This document shows positions 38,377 through 49,170 of a DNA stretch of 64,000 nucleotides, in pieces (position 1 is the first letter of the stretch; each line of letters begins with the position of its first letter). The position numbers were made by a program, and so were the translations under genes. The stretch covers positions 71,586 to 135,585 of the forward strand of contig CAZPRJ010000002.1 of NCBI GenBank assembly GCA_964588805.1, written 5' to 3'. Origin of the DNA: an uncultured Microcoleus sp. (GTDB lineage Bacteria > Cyanobacteriota > Cyanobacteriia > Cyanobacteriales > Coleofasciculaceae). The notes beneath the pieces are model-generated. The model was given only the letters and a program-made list of their open reading frames with translations. It did no database searches and was not told the origin of the DNA.

Positions 38377-39621
38377 CTACAAGTGAGCATTGATGAACTG
38401 TATGGCCTGTTCTATACCATCTTCAGCCCGAATTTTTTCCCCCAGTACATCGGCGCATTGACCCATTTTTTCATCTGTAGTAGCAATACTAATAGCTTGT
38501 GTCAGATTTTCGATACTAAGTTTTTTCTGTGGAATCGGACGTGGCCCAACCCCAAGTTCAAATACACGTTGTCCCCAAAAAGGTTGATCGCCAAAGAATG
38601 GACAGATCAGAGTCGGTTTGCCAGCACGTAAGCCTGCTGCCGTCGTGCCAGCACCACCATGATGTACCACAGCTAGACAACGCGGAAACAGCCAATCGTG
38701 AGGCGCAGAATTCAGAAGGTAAGCAGTGACAGGAAGAGTAGAGGCTTGAAGTCCTCCCCAACCTGCGGCCAAAATCACTCGTTGCCCTGTGCGTCGAACC
38801 GCTTCTAACACAATATTAGTTGTCCGTTCGGCATCTTCTGAAGGCATACTGCCAAATCCGACATAGATAGGCGGAGTACCTTCCTGGAGAAATGCCAATA
38901 AATCGGCAGGAGGTTGCCAGTCACTTGATGTCGGTAAAAACCAATAACCCGAAACAAGCGTTGATTCATCCCAATCGTTAGGAATGGGTACAACGTGGCG
39001 ACTATAGGCGTATATTTTTGGCACAGGTTTGCCCTGTAGTGTAGTTTCCTCCTTAAAGGGTGGCAAGCCCAGCGTTTCTTTGCGCCAAGTATTAATCATG
39101 CCCCGATAGGAAATGAGTGAGGCTTTCCTAAAGCCATCGTAGGTTAAACGGTTCAGCCAACTACCAAAATTTTGTGCGCCGAATACAGGATTGGCAAACG
39201 CCCCAGTCCTTGAATAGGCAGGCAGCATCATTGCTAAGAAACCCGGAATGCTCAACTTCTCTGCAATGTGATAGCCTGCCAGTGCTTTGGGATGATAAAT
39301 GATGGCATCGGAATCACAGGCTACTTTCCATGCATCGTCCATCATGCGACGCAACATCGGCATAACCTGTTTCATCAAATTAAATGGATTTTGTTTGCCA
39401 GCAATGGCAGCTTTGCCTTGAGTAGTTTGAGCAAGGCGAATGAATTCTGCCCTTAGGGGAGCGCAGTCTAATCCATAACCTCGCACCAGTCCTTCAAAGC
39501 CTGCTTCAGTTGCCAATCTGACCTGATATCCTGCTTGTTGTAAACCGAGGCCAAGGGCAATGTAGGGTTGCACATCACCCCGTGAACCGACTGTGAGGAT
39601 AGTCATGATTCGATTGGCCAT
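38377..39621 (-). CDS. GT1-family UDP-glycosyltransferase (paralogue of 22802-24058)
   Basis: ILTVGSRGDVQPYIAL N-terminus; C-terminal HHGGAGTTAAGLRAGKPTLICPFFGDQPFWG. Confidence 0.8.
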   Translation of the reverse strand: MANRIMTILTVGSRGDVQPYIALGLGLQQAGYQVRLATEAGFEGLVRGYGLDCAPLRAEFIRLAQTTQGKAAIAGKQNPFNLMKQVMPMLRRMMDDAWKVACDSDAIIYHPKALAGYHIAEKLSIPGFLAMMLPAYSRTGAFANPVFGAQNFGSWLNRLTYDGFRKASLISYRGMINTWRKETLGLPPFKEETTLQGKPVPKIYAYSRHVVPIPNDWDESTLVSGYWFLPTSSDWQPPADLLAFLQEGTPPIYVGFGSMPSEDAERTTNIVLEAVRRTGQRVILAAGWGGLQASTLPVTAYLLNSAPHDWLFPRCLAVVHHGGAGTTAAGLRAGKPTLICPFFGDQPFWGQRVFELGVGPRPIPQKKLSIENLTQAISIATTDEKMGQCADVLGEKIRAEDGIEQAIQFINAHL

Positions 39622-39645
39622 AGCTCACTCCATTGACAGCAGTTT

Positions 39646-40722
39646 TCAGTTGCATGAACCATAAATTTCATCGTTGCTAGCTATCAAACCTACCTCCAAT
39701 TGCAGTACTTTTGCCAATGCCTCTCGCACTACCTCAGAACCCGCTCCAGGAATGCAAGAATTTTCAGTTAAATAACGCTTCCAAATTCGACTTCCGGGTT
39801 GTCCTGCAAATAATTGCAGTATATGTCGAGTAATTTTATTCAGCTTTAGTCCCTTTGCTACCCACTCATCAATATAAGCACACATCGCTAAGGCAACTTC
39901 ATGACGAGTTAGAGGTTTAATTTCCTCACCATAAATCTCAGAATCAGCGATCGCAAATAGGTAAGGATTATCGTAAGCTGCCCGCCCAATCATCACCGCA
40001 TCGACAAAGTTTAACTGTTCCTTGACTTGCTCCAAACTAGTCAATCCGCCATTAATTTCAATGAATAAATGAGGAAACTCTTGCTTGAGTTGATGCACAT
40101 CACCATAACGTAAGGGCGGAATATCACGATTTTCCTTAGGACTTAATCCCTGTAACCAAGCCTTACGCGCATGAACTGTAAAACGCTGGCAACCTGCCTC
40201 TGAGACAATGCGGACAAAATTGGCCATGTCTTCATAGCGATCGCAATCATCAATTCCAATGCGATGCTTCACTGTAACTGGTATTTTTACCGCCTCAATC
40301 ATCGCTGCTACACCTTGCGCCACCCGTTCAGGTTGAGCCATCAAACAAGCGCCAAAGTTACCATTTTGCACCCTACTACTCGGACAACCGACATTTAAGT
40401 TAATCTCGTCATAGCCCCTATCTTCGGCAATTCGCGCACATTCGGCTAATTCTGTAGGATTATCTCCACCCACTTGGAGAACTAAAGGTTTCTCTTTTTT
40501 AGAAAAGCCTAATAAATGTTCCTTGTCGCCATGTAAAATCGCTGCACTTGTCACCATCTCAGTATAAAGTAAGGTACGACGTGTAATCTGTCGCATAAAA
40601 TAGCGAAAGTGGCGATCGGTGCGATCCATCATCGGTGCAACACTTAAGGGATTTCCCTGAATTAATACCCTGGAATCAGTTCCAGTTAAATTCGGTAAAA
40701 TACTCGTCTTATAATCAGTCAT
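39646..40722 (-). CDS. dusA: tRNA-dihydrouridine synthase A
   Basis: DusA TIM-barrel motifs (SVAPMMDRTDRHFRYF..., NLNVGCP). Confidence 0.9.
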   Translation of the reverse strand: MTDYKTSILPNLTGTDSRVLIQGNPLSVAPMMDRTDRHFRYFMRQITRRTLLYTEMVTSAAILHGDKEHLLGFSKKEKPLVLQVGGDNPTELAECARIAEDRGYDEINLNVGCPSSRVQNGNFGACLMAQPERVAQGVAAMIEAVKIPVTVKHRIGIDDCDRYEDMANFVRIVSEAGCQRFTVHARKAWLQGLSPKENRDIPPLRYGDVHQLKQEFPHLFIEINGGLTSLEQVKEQLNFVDAVMIGRAAYDNPYLFAIADSEIYGEEIKPLTRHEVALAMCAYIDEWVAKGLKLNKITRHILQLFAGQPGSRIWKRYLTENSCIPGAGSEVVREALAKVLQLEVGLIASNDEIYGSCN

Positions 40723-40734
40723 AATCCAATAATT

Positions 40735-41409
40735 TCACCACACTTCGCATCTAGATTGCATCAAGTTATTGGCTAAGTACTGCGCCATATTAATTACATT
40801 TAAGTCAATTACAGGGGTGTTATTTAAGGATGGATCATATCCATGATGAACCTCTACTAAATCGTACAAGCTGGGTAAATGCTTCTCTCCCAAATCTTGA
40901 TGACAATCCTCACAAATTGTTACCCAATTTCTGGGATTTTTATCCTCATCCATACTAGAAGGAATGACTTGCTGCATCCTTAATCTCTTTGGTGTACCAC
41001 ATATCAGGCAGGATTTTTTATCTCTTTCTAAAATATAATTACGTTGAGCGCCTCGCCCAAATCTTTTGAGGGCTGTAGGAGATACGATTTCAATATCAGT
41101 AAACATTCCCAATGGAGATTTTATACATTCTTTAGATTTTAACCATTGCGGCATTAAAGCACAGGCTACATTTTCGGGGACAATTACCCAACCTTTTAAG
41201 TAAAGCCAAAGCTTTAACTCTCGTATATTGGTAATCATCATATTTCGCTTCTCTAATAATTGTAGATAACTCTGAATTTTGTTAATCGTTACCGGACTAG
41301 GTTTTCTGAATTCTCGACCGTTTTTACCAGGTCTTCCTGTGACTGTAAATGTAGAAAAATAGGCATAATTACCACATAAAAATTTTAAGTCAAATACATA
41401 TACACTCAT
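40735..41409 (-). CDS. HNH endonuclease domain protein
   Basis: CLICGTP...CEDCHQ HNH zinc-finger core in a 224 aa stand-alone protein. Confidence 0.65.
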   Translation of the reverse strand: MSVYVFDLKFLCGNYAYFSTFTVTGRPGKNGREFRKPSPVTINKIQSYLQLLEKRNMMITNIRELKLWLYLKGWVIVPENVACALMPQWLKSKECIKSPLGMFTDIEIVSPTALKRFGRGAQRNYILERDKKSCLICGTPKRLRMQQVIPSSMDEDKNPRNWVTICEDCHQDLGEKHLPSLYDLVEVHHGYDPSLNNTPVIDLNVINMAQYLANNLMQSRCEVW

Positions 41410-41470
41410 TATTTATCCTCTAAATAAGCGAAAATTTCTATTTTACCCCTCTCCTAATCTGAAAATAGGG

Positions 41471-41536
<66 letters not shown>

Positions 41537-41610
41537 CTTAGGTTTGACTTTACTAGACTCAACCTAGAAGTGCTATAAAAGTCTCATCTTGTGAAAAGGG
41601 AAGTTACCCT

Positions 41611-42186
41611 CTACTTCTGAATCGGTGGATATTTTAATTCGGCATCCCAGAAGTACACGCGATCGCAATATTGAGATTGACTAGAACAGATCGCTTCGAT
41701 CGCAACATTAGTTGTCGGTGTAACATCTAGCGTGATAGAAGCCGGTTGTCCGGGAGCCACCGTTCGAGTTTCAGCCCTTTGTCCATCCAAATAAACATTA
41801 ACATTAACAGGAGGGCTTCCTTGGTCATTGTCGCGCATCCCGAATGATAAGTTCATCCGTTGGAAAATGACATTTGCTGAATTCGGCTGCAACTTACAGG
41901 TGAGTGCAGCCGAACGATTACCCGGCCCCATGAAAAACCTAGAAGTATAGACGGCTCGCCCCACAGAAACATCTTCAGATCGACGAGCCCAATTCCCGAT
42001 TCCTGTATCCACACAAGGTCGCCTCAGGAGAAACAGAGAGAAAAAAGGTGTCTCTTGCAGCGGTGCCTCTTGAGCGATTTGCCTGCTTTGGGGGGCTAAA
42101 GCCAAGAGTACTGTACTGGCAATGAGGGTGCTAATCAATAGGGTTTTTTTTTGCATTGAGAGACTGCAAACGCCAATGAGTTTCAA
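41611..42186 (-). CDS. Secreted hypothetical protein
   Basis: Signal peptide; Cys pairs; no domain recognised. Confidence 0.45.
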   Translation of the reverse strand: MKLIGVCSLSMQKKTLLISTLIASTVLLALAPQSRQIAQEAPLQETPFFSLFLLRRPCVDTGIGNWARRSEDVSVGRAVYTSRFFMGPGNRSAALTCKLQPNSANVIFQRMNLSFGMRDNDQGSPPVNVNVYLDGQRAETRTVAPGQPASITLDVTPTTNVAIEAICSSQSQYCDRVYFWDAELKYPPIQK

Positions 42187-42351
42187 GCTACATCATCTCT
42201 GAGGCAGTCGTAGAGTGCAAGTCAGGAGCTATTCAATCAAAATAGTTGACAACTAAATATCTATCTGGTTATATAGTTTTATCGGCAGCCAACAAATTTA
42301 TAACGGGTCTGCCTCACATCATTGAAATTATTTCCCAGGAGTTGTTGATTC

Positions 42352-43434
42352 ATGACAACCACTTTAAAGCAACGCACAGGTGATAGCCTGTGGTCGCAAT
42401 TTTGTGATTGGATTACCAGTACTGAAAATCGGCTCTATATCGGCTGGTTTGGGGTATTACTGATTCCCACGGCTTTGACTGCAACAATTGTCTTTGTTCT
42501 AGCCTTCATTGCCGCTCCTCCGGTTGACCTCGATGGCATTCGTGAGCCGGTTTCTGGGTCTTTGCTCTACGGCAACAACATCATTACCGGTACAGTTGTT
42601 CCCACTTCTGCTGCCGTTGGTCTGCATTTTTACCCCCTTTGGCAAGCCGCATCTTTAGATGAATGGCTTTATAACGGCGGCCCTTATCAACTCATTGTGT
42701 TGCATTTCCTGATTGCCATTTATGCTTACATGGGACGGGAATGGGAACTTAGCTATCGTTTAGGGATGCGTCCTTGGATTCCTGTGGCGTTTTCTGCTCC
42801 TGTTGCGGCAGCGACGGCAGTGTTGTTAATTTATCCGATTGGGCAAGGTAGCTTCTCGGATGGGTTGATGCTAGGCATTAGCGGCACCTTCAACTTCATG
42901 ATTGTCTTTCAGGCAGAACACAACATTCTCATGCATCCTTTCCATCAGTTAGGTGTGGCGGGTGTATTTGGGGGTGCACTTTTTGCCGCCATGCATGGTT
43001 CCTTAGTCACCTCTAGCCTGATTGAAGAAACAACAGAAAACGAGTCTGCCAACACAGGTTACAAATTTGGTCAAGAGCAAGAAACTTACAACATCGTAGC
43101 GGCTCATGGTTACTTTGGACGGCTGATCTTCCAGTATGCTAGTTTCAATAATTCGCGATCGCTGCATTTCTTCCTTGCTGCTTGGCCTGTTGTGGGCATT
43201 TGGTTTGCTGCCTTAGGCATCAGTACAATGGCGTTTAACCTGAATGGATTTAACTTCAATCAATCCATCCTTGATGCTCAAGGACGAGGCATCAATACCT
43301 GGGCGGATATTATCAACCGTGCCAATCTAGGGATTGAAGTCATACACGAACGCAATGCACACAATTTCCCTCTAGACTTAGCTTCAGCAAACATGGAATC
43401 TGTTGCTTTCATAGCTTCTGAGGTTCAAAGCTAA
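42352..43434 (+). CDS. psbA: Photosystem II D1 protein
   Basis: Full D1 sequence with Mn-cluster ligands (D170, E189, H332, E333, H337, D342, A344) and C-terminal extension. Confidence 0.95.
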   Translation: MTTTLKQRTGDSLWSQFCDWITSTENRLYIGWFGVLLIPTALTATIVFVLAFIAAPPVDLDGIREPVSGSLLYGNNIITGTVVPTSAAVGLHFYPLWQAASLDEWLYNGGPYQLIVLHFLIAIYAYMGREWELSYRLGMRPWIPVAFSAPVAAATAVLLIYPIGQGSFSDGLMLGISGTFNFMIVFQAEHNILMHPFHQLGVAGVFGGALFAAMHGSLVTSSLIEETTENESANTGYKFGQEQETYNIVAAHGYFGRLIFQYASFNNSRSLHFFLAAWPVVGIWFAALGISTMAFNLNGFNFNQSILDAQGRGINTWADIINRANLGIEVIHERNAHNFPLDLASANMESVAFIASEVQS

Positions 43435-43467
43435 ACTTCTAACGTTCATACCTCCCTCAACTGATTA

Positions 43468-43506
43468 AACTGCACTTTCTATAGCTTGGAGTGCAGTTCT
43501 TTTTTG
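43468..43506 (+). terminator. Rho-independent terminator of psbA
   Basis: AACTGCACT...AGTGCAGTT stem followed by CTTTTTTGTG. Confidence 0.8.
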
Positions 43507-43680
43507 TGTTTTTCAGCTCGTTGAATGGTGGGAATAATTTTTATAGTCTTTCCAAGAGTTAACAACATAAATTCCGTGATGGTTTTTACACTGTTGCAAT
43601 GGTTTGCATTTTGTCGGATAAAACCGAAAGTCTGTGGGAAATGTAGCGATGAAGTATCCTCACAGAAATACTAGAGTGCC

Positions 43681-44946
43681 TTATTTCACCAGCATCACTT
43701 CAGTGGTGACAATCTGACCCTTTTCCACTTTCCAATTGGCATAGGTTCCAGCAACGTCCCCATTCTTGTCGAAATCACAAGGACCTGACGCGCCAACATA
43801 ATCGATATCTTCTCCCTTTTGGATAGCTTCTATTGCTTTTTTCCACTCCCCCGGACCCACATCTATACCGGGAGGATTTGCTACTTCTCGCATTGCCTTC
43901 CGAATGGCAGTGCCATCAGTACTTCCAGTTTTAGTGATCGCCAGTGCCAAAATCATCGTCGCATCGTAAGCCATGTCCAGATATGGAGCGTTAGGCAATT
44001 TTCCGAACTTGTCTTCGTAAGACTTTTTAAACGCATTGTAGGTTTTTGTCCCCTCAAAGGCTTGCGGTGCTGTACCAAAGCTGATCCTGTTTTCTTTGTC
44101 TCCTATCGCTGTCACCACCGCTTGATCTTTGAGGCTGTCGGTGAGGATGTAGCGTTTGAATTTTCCTAGTGCCTGAGCTTGTTTGAGAATTCGCTCTCCA
44201 TCTTTGGGAAACCCGACTAACACTAAAGCATCTACAGGTTGTTTAGCTAATTGGGCCAACTCCTTACCGAAGTCTGCCTGCTCTGGCTTGAAGGGAACAG
44301 CTAGCATTATTTTGCCGCCTCTGGCTTCAAACGCAGACCGAAGAGAATTAGCTAACCCCTGTCCATAGGCATCATTGAGATGAAGGATCGATAGCGTATC
44401 CATCCGCTTGCTCCGTGCGATCGCGGCTAAAGCAATTCCCTGAAAGTCATCAGAGGGAGCAGTGCGGAAGAGGAAATCATTGTCTTTGAGGGTGGTGATG
44501 GCTGGAGAAGTAGCCGCAAAGGCAATCTGGGGAACGCTCCGCTGACTCGTCACTTGTTCGGCTACGGGAATCGTATGGCGACTCGACCATGGGCCAATAA
44601 TACCCGCAACTTTCTCCTTGTCAATTAATGTTTGAGCAGCCTCAAGACTGGGTTGAAGTTCGCTTTTGTTATCTTTTACGACAAGCTGTATCGCTTTTCC
44701 CCGTATCCCACCAGCCGCATTAATTTCATCAATCGCCACCTTAATGCTATTCATGGTCGGCTCACCAAAGGATTGTAATTCCCCCGTCAGCGAATTGATA
44801 GCACCGATTTTAATTGATTTGGTGTTCGCCCCGTTCTGAGATGGAGAACTACAAGCCGTTAGCAACAACATTACCGTCGTCAAAATCCTTAAACGACGCC
44901 TAAAATTCCTAGTTTTGTGACAAGGTTGAGTGGTGTAGGTTTTCAT
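43681..44946 (-). CDS. ABC transporter substrate-binding protein, PBP type I (Liv/amide family), lipoprotein
   Basis: Lipoprotein signal (LLTACSSPS), Peripla_BP_6-like fold. Confidence 0.8.
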   Translation of the reverse strand: MKTYTTQPCHKTRNFRRRLRILTTVMLLLTACSSPSQNGANTKSIKIGAINSLTGELQSFGEPTMNSIKVAIDEINAAGGIRGKAIQLVVKDNKSELQPSLEAAQTLIDKEKVAGIIGPWSSRHTIPVAEQVTSQRSVPQIAFAATSPAITTLKDNDFLFRTAPSDDFQGIALAAIARSKRMDTLSILHLNDAYGQGLANSLRSAFEARGGKIMLAVPFKPEQADFGKELAQLAKQPVDALVLVGFPKDGERILKQAQALGKFKRYILTDSLKDQAVVTAIGDKENRISFGTAPQAFEGTKTYNAFKKSYEDKFGKLPNAPYLDMAYDATMILALAITKTGSTDGTAIRKAMREVANPPGIDVGPGEWKKAIEAIQKGEDIDYVGASGPCDFDKNGDVAGTYANWKVEKGQIVTTEVMLVK

Positions 44947-45370
44947 AATATTAGAGATGTGCTAATTTTTTAGACCTACTATTTTACACACAAAGCAAGA
45001 AAATAAGAGGTAATTTTTATCGGGACAGCAGGCTTGAAATTTGTCTATATTGTCCCTTCTTCTTGTCAGGGAATTTTAACTTTATGTTATGCTCTTGAAC
45101 TCCTCAATTTTTATGTATTTACAAATTTGTTTGTTTGTGCATCAACTCAATAGTTCAGGACAAATTATTCACAATACATCAATTTTTCTCTATTTACAGG
45201 CCAGAGTTTCAGTGGTAAAATCTAAATCCAAAAAATTATAGGTTCAGTTGAGAGTCTGCACAGATTCCTTTGTGAAAAGCCTTTGCTAGCTAAAACGTCC
45301 TATTCCCTTCCTCAACCAGGAACCTTAATCTTTTTATTTTTATTGTTTTGCCTAAGCATTTAGTTCAAAG

Positions 45371-47608
45371 TTGTATTCGCTCATGTTTGAAAAATTGAAA
45401 CGCTCAGACAATCCTAGTAGTCCTCTTCCTCGCAAGCCACGATTCAATAATTGGTCGATTCAGTCTAAACTACAGGCGTTGTTATTGTTAGTCAGCCTGG
45501 GTTCAGTACTGATGGTTGGCTGGATCAGTTGGTATCAGGGACGAGCAGCTCTCAGAGCTAGAGTTGCTGAGCAGCTTACAGGTATTCGTGCAGCTAGAGC
45601 AGATCAATTGGAGCAGTTTTTTGAGAGCCTTTACGATCAGATCGGCATAATAGCGAGCGATCGCGAAACGATTGAGGCGATGTCGGCCTTCAATAAAGGC
45701 TTTGGGCAACTGGAGCGAAGTGTAGTTGCCGCTGCATTAGATGAATGGGATAGTTCCCTAAAAACTTACTACACCGAAGAGCTGTTTCCTCGCTTGTCGA
45801 AGCATCTTGCAACAGAAGAGTTGCAATACGATACCTATCGTCCCGATGGACAAGCAGCTCGCTATCTTCAGTATTACTTTGTCGCAGAAAACCCTAATCC
45901 GGTTGGGGAAAAGCAAAAGCTACTCGATCCTGGAGATGGTAGCCAATACACCGAGTCTCACATCAAGTATCACCCCTTGTTCAAGAAGGTGATTGAGGAT
46001 TTCGGGTATTACGATCTGTACCTAATTAACCCCAAAACTCTTGATGTTGTTTACTCTACCTTTAAACAAACCGACTATGTTACCACTCTCAAGCAAGGTC
46101 CATATTCTCAAGGTGGACTGGCTCAGGTGGCGGAGGCAGTTTTGCTCAATCCGGTACCAGGCAGCATTCAAGTGGCTGACTTTAAGTCCTACCGCCCTTC
46201 CTATGAAGCTCCTGTTGTATTTCTAGCCACTCCCATTTACAGCGGCTCCAACCTGATCGGAATTTTGGCAGTGCAAGTGGCTGCTGACCGGATTAACCAG
46301 ATTATGTCGGACGATAAAAATTGGCAAGGCAGTGGATTGGGTAAAACTGGGGATACTTACCTCGTTGGCTCGGATTTATTAGTACGATCGGTTTCTCGAT
46401 TTTGGACTGAAACGCCCAAAGACTATAAAGGTGAGGTGCGTCGGCAGGGAACGCCAGAGCAGACGCTACGCTTAATGGAAAACCTGAACACAACAATAGG
46501 TTTGCAGCGCGTTGAATCTCCCGCAACCCAAGCGGCGATCGGAGGGCAAGAAGGGATGGAGGTGATTCAAAATTACCGAGGCAAACGGGTATTGAGTTCC
46601 TATGCACCGTTAAAGTTGCGCGGAGTTAACTGGGCAATTTTGGCCGAAATTGAAACGGGAGAGGTGTATCGCCCCCTTTACCTCTTGCAGTTCACGCTGC
46701 TGACAGCCGCCGTCATTTTTCTGCTCTTGTCGGCCTTCCTTGCCGGATTATCCTCTCAATTATTTACCCTGCCACTGCGTCGCTTGACCCAGAGCGCCAA
46801 GAAAATTGAGGCGGGAGAATTGGACGATCAAATTCCTACTACCTCCAATGATGAGTTTGGGCAATTATTTGAAGCATTCAACGGTATTACGAAGCACTTA
46901 CAGCAAACTCGTAAGCAATTAAAGGATCAGCAGCAGGAAAATGACGCATTGTTGCGAAATTTTGTCCCTAGTCCTGTTGCAGATCGCCTGAAAAAAGGAG
47001 AAGCGGTCATTGCGAATCAAGTTAACAAAATCACGATTCTGTATGCCCATATTGTGGGCATTACTGAGTTAAGTAAGCGGACGCCACCAACAGAGGTGAC
47101 ACGACTGCTAACTCAACTGTTTGATGAATTTGATGCCTTAGCCGAGCGCTACGGCATGGAGCGGCAGCAGACGATTAGCACCGATTACATGGCGGTTTGT
47201 GGACTGACTCAAACCCATTTCGATCACACCAAACGCACTGTAGACTTTGCCCTGGCTATGTTGAACAGTCTACCGAGCATAGCTCTGGCACAGCAATCAG
47301 CTTTGAGTTTGCAGATTGCCATTCATACGGGTTCTGTGAATGCAGGGGTGGTGGGCACTCAAATCTTTGGATACAAGCTTTGGGGGGAAGAGGTTGATTT
47401 AATCATCCGCTTACACCCTCAAGCCGAGTTGAATACGATTGTTTTGACACGTCCAATCTACGAACAATTGGTAGATGCCTATACGTTCAGCCCGCATCCT
47501 CCAGTAAGGATTGAGAATTTTGGAAACGTTGAAATCTGGACGTTGGCCGGGAATAACACAGTTGTTCCCCCAACGTTGGCAGATTTGAGTAGTGGGAGCG
47601 ATCGCTAA
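45371..47608 (+). CDS. Membrane-bound class III adenylate/guanylate cyclase with periplasmic sensor domain and HAMP
   Basis: TM1, ~380 aa extracytoplasmic Cache-like domain, TM2, HAMP, CYCc catalytic motifs (ILYAHIVGITELSK, YMAVCGL). Confidence 0.85.
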   Translation: MYSLMFEKLKRSDNPSSPLPRKPRFNNWSIQSKLQALLLLVSLGSVLMVGWISWYQGRAALRARVAEQLTGIRAARADQLEQFFESLYDQIGIIASDRETIEAMSAFNKGFGQLERSVVAAALDEWDSSLKTYYTEELFPRLSKHLATEELQYDTYRPDGQAARYLQYYFVAENPNPVGEKQKLLDPGDGSQYTESHIKYHPLFKKVIEDFGYYDLYLINPKTLDVVYSTFKQTDYVTTLKQGPYSQGGLAQVAEAVLLNPVPGSIQVADFKSYRPSYEAPVVFLATPIYSGSNLIGILAVQVAADRINQIMSDDKNWQGSGLGKTGDTYLVGSDLLVRSVSRFWTETPKDYKGEVRRQGTPEQTLRLMENLNTTIGLQRVESPATQAAIGGQEGMEVIQNYRGKRVLSSYAPLKLRGVNWAILAEIETGEVYRPLYLLQFTLLTAAVIFLLLSAFLAGLSSQLFTLPLRRLTQSAKKIEAGELDDQIPTTSNDEFGQLFEAFNGITKHLQQTRKQLKDQQQENDALLRNFVPSPVADRLKKGEAVIANQVNKITILYAHIVGITELSKRTPPTEVTRLLTQLFDEFDALAERYGMERQQTISTDYMAVCGLTQTHFDHTKRTVDFALAMLNSLPSIALAQQSALSLQIAIHTGSVNAGVVGTQIFGYKLWGEEVDLIIRLHPQAELNTIVLTRPIYEQLVDAYTFSPHPPVRIENFGNVEIWTLAGNNTVVPPTLADLSSGSDR

Positions 47609-47659
47609 ATAACGACCAAAGCTCATGCTTATCGTTGTAGTACCCGTGTGGAGGTCTAG

Positions 47660-49153
47660 ATGGATAGAACAGTACTTGGATGGTTAATCGTATTGGGACT
47701 AGGATTCCCGAGCTTGAGCTTGTTGTTGGGAGAGGCAGCCGAACGATTGGAGCGACAGGGACATCCTCTGGCTGGAGCGCTGCGAAAGGTACGTCGATAT
47801 GTGCTGACGTCGCTAGCCGTGCTATTGGTGATGCAGCAACTCTTGAAGATTGCAAAAACGGAAACGCCAGTCCGTCTTGTGGAAACTTTAACCTGGAGTG
47901 CTGTTATCGTAGCAGGGATTGCCTTAATCAACGCGCTCTTTACAACCCATAAGCCATCGCTCAACTGGCAGATTCAGGTGCCAAACCTGTTATTCCAGGT
48001 TGCACGAGCGGCAGTGATGCTTTTGATTGGCTATTACGTGATCACTGGCGTGTGGCGGATTGACTTGAGCAGTGTGCTGACAGCAGTTGGGGTTGGGTCG
48101 TTGGTAATTGCCCTAGCACTGCAAGATACACTCAGCAACCTAGTGTCAGGTTTGTTACTGTTAATTGCTAAACCGTTTAAAACGGGAGACTGGATCGAAT
48201 TTGATGAGATTAATGGGCGAGTCGTCGAGCAAAACTGGTGGTCGGTGAAGCTGAAATCAACCTTGAATAGGCAGTATATTATTCCCAACGCAGCTCTAGC
48301 TAAAGCAACGATTAACAACCTCGAACAGGCAACCGTATTTAAAAAAATTTCTGCTAGCTTCTCTTACGACGATCCTCCCAATCAGGTCATGCTTGCTCTT
48401 CAAGATGTTGTAGCAGGAAGCGAGTTCGTTGAGCCTAAGCCATTAGTCATCATCCCTACTTCCTATAGTGATTCCAGCATCAATTACGATATCTGGTATC
48501 GGGTTCAACCAGAAAAAGCTCCATTTGCAGAATCTGAGCTAATGGTACGAATTTATTATCTAGCTCAACGTCACGGTTTAACCATACCCTATCCCATTAG
48601 CATTGAGTATAAACTCGATGCTCCTGGGGGACTGCCAAATCGGATTCCTCAGGTCGTCCCAAATCGTCAGCCGGAAATCGCGACTTATTTGCGATTGCTC
48701 CCCTATTTCTCCAAGGTCGATGAAAAGCAAGTTGAGCAATTGGCGAGTCAGGCTCAAGTCGCAACCTATGGTAAGGGTGAGTTAGTCACTCAAGAAGGGC
48801 AACCGGATGAGGGACTATACATTGTTTTCTCCGGACAGGTTCGGATGCGGGTAACGGATGAGCAGGGCAACATTCAAGAACTCGGTCAATTAGGCACTGG
48901 TGATGTTTTCGGGGAAATGGCACTGTTTCCAGGAGAGGTAAGCCCAGTCACAACAATCGCTGATACAGATACTGAAGTTTTGGTAATTCCCGCCGAGGAA
49001 ATTACTCACCTGATCCAAGTTAATCCCCAGTTTGCCTCAGAGATGATCCAATTCATTGAGGAGCGCAGGAGAACGGTTCAATTTGCGAAGGGCGTTAGCC
49101 AAGAATCTACATTCATTACGAGTAATGGTCGGCGGATGTCGGTACAACGATAA
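47660..49153 (+). CDS. MscS-family mechanosensitive channel fused to a cyclic-nucleotide-binding domain
   Basis: MscS pore-helix signature DTLSNLVSGLLLLIAKPFKTGDWIE; C-terminal cNMP-binding domain (GELVTQEGQPDEGLYIVFSGQVR, GDVFGEMAL). Confidence 0.85.
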   Translation: MDRTVLGWLIVLGLGFPSLSLLLGEAAERLERQGHPLAGALRKVRRYVLTSLAVLLVMQQLLKIAKTETPVRLVETLTWSAVIVAGIALINALFTTHKPSLNWQIQVPNLLFQVARAAVMLLIGYYVITGVWRIDLSSVLTAVGVGSLVIALALQDTLSNLVSGLLLLIAKPFKTGDWIEFDEINGRVVEQNWWSVKLKSTLNRQYIIPNAALAKATINNLEQATVFKKISASFSYDDPPNQVMLALQDVVAGSEFVEPKPLVIIPTSYSDSSINYDIWYRVQPEKAPFAESELMVRIYYLAQRHGLTIPYPISIEYKLDAPGGLPNRIPQVVPNRQPEIATYLRLLPYFSKVDEKQVEQLASQAQVATYGKGELVTQEGQPDEGLYIVFSGQVRMRVTDEQGNIQELGQLGTGDVFGEMALFPGEVSPVTTIADTDTEVLVIPAEEITHLIQVNPQFASEMIQFIEERRRTVQFAKGVSQESTFITSNGRRMSVQR

Positions 49154-49170
49154 ACGATAGGAATGGAGTC

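Noticed and set aside
42352-43434. psbA copy as a 'rogue' / ChlF-type D1
   Set aside because: All Mn4CaO5 ligands (D170, E189, H332, E333, H337, D342, A344) and the CtpA-processed tail are present, so it is a standard D1 isoform (Q130 type).
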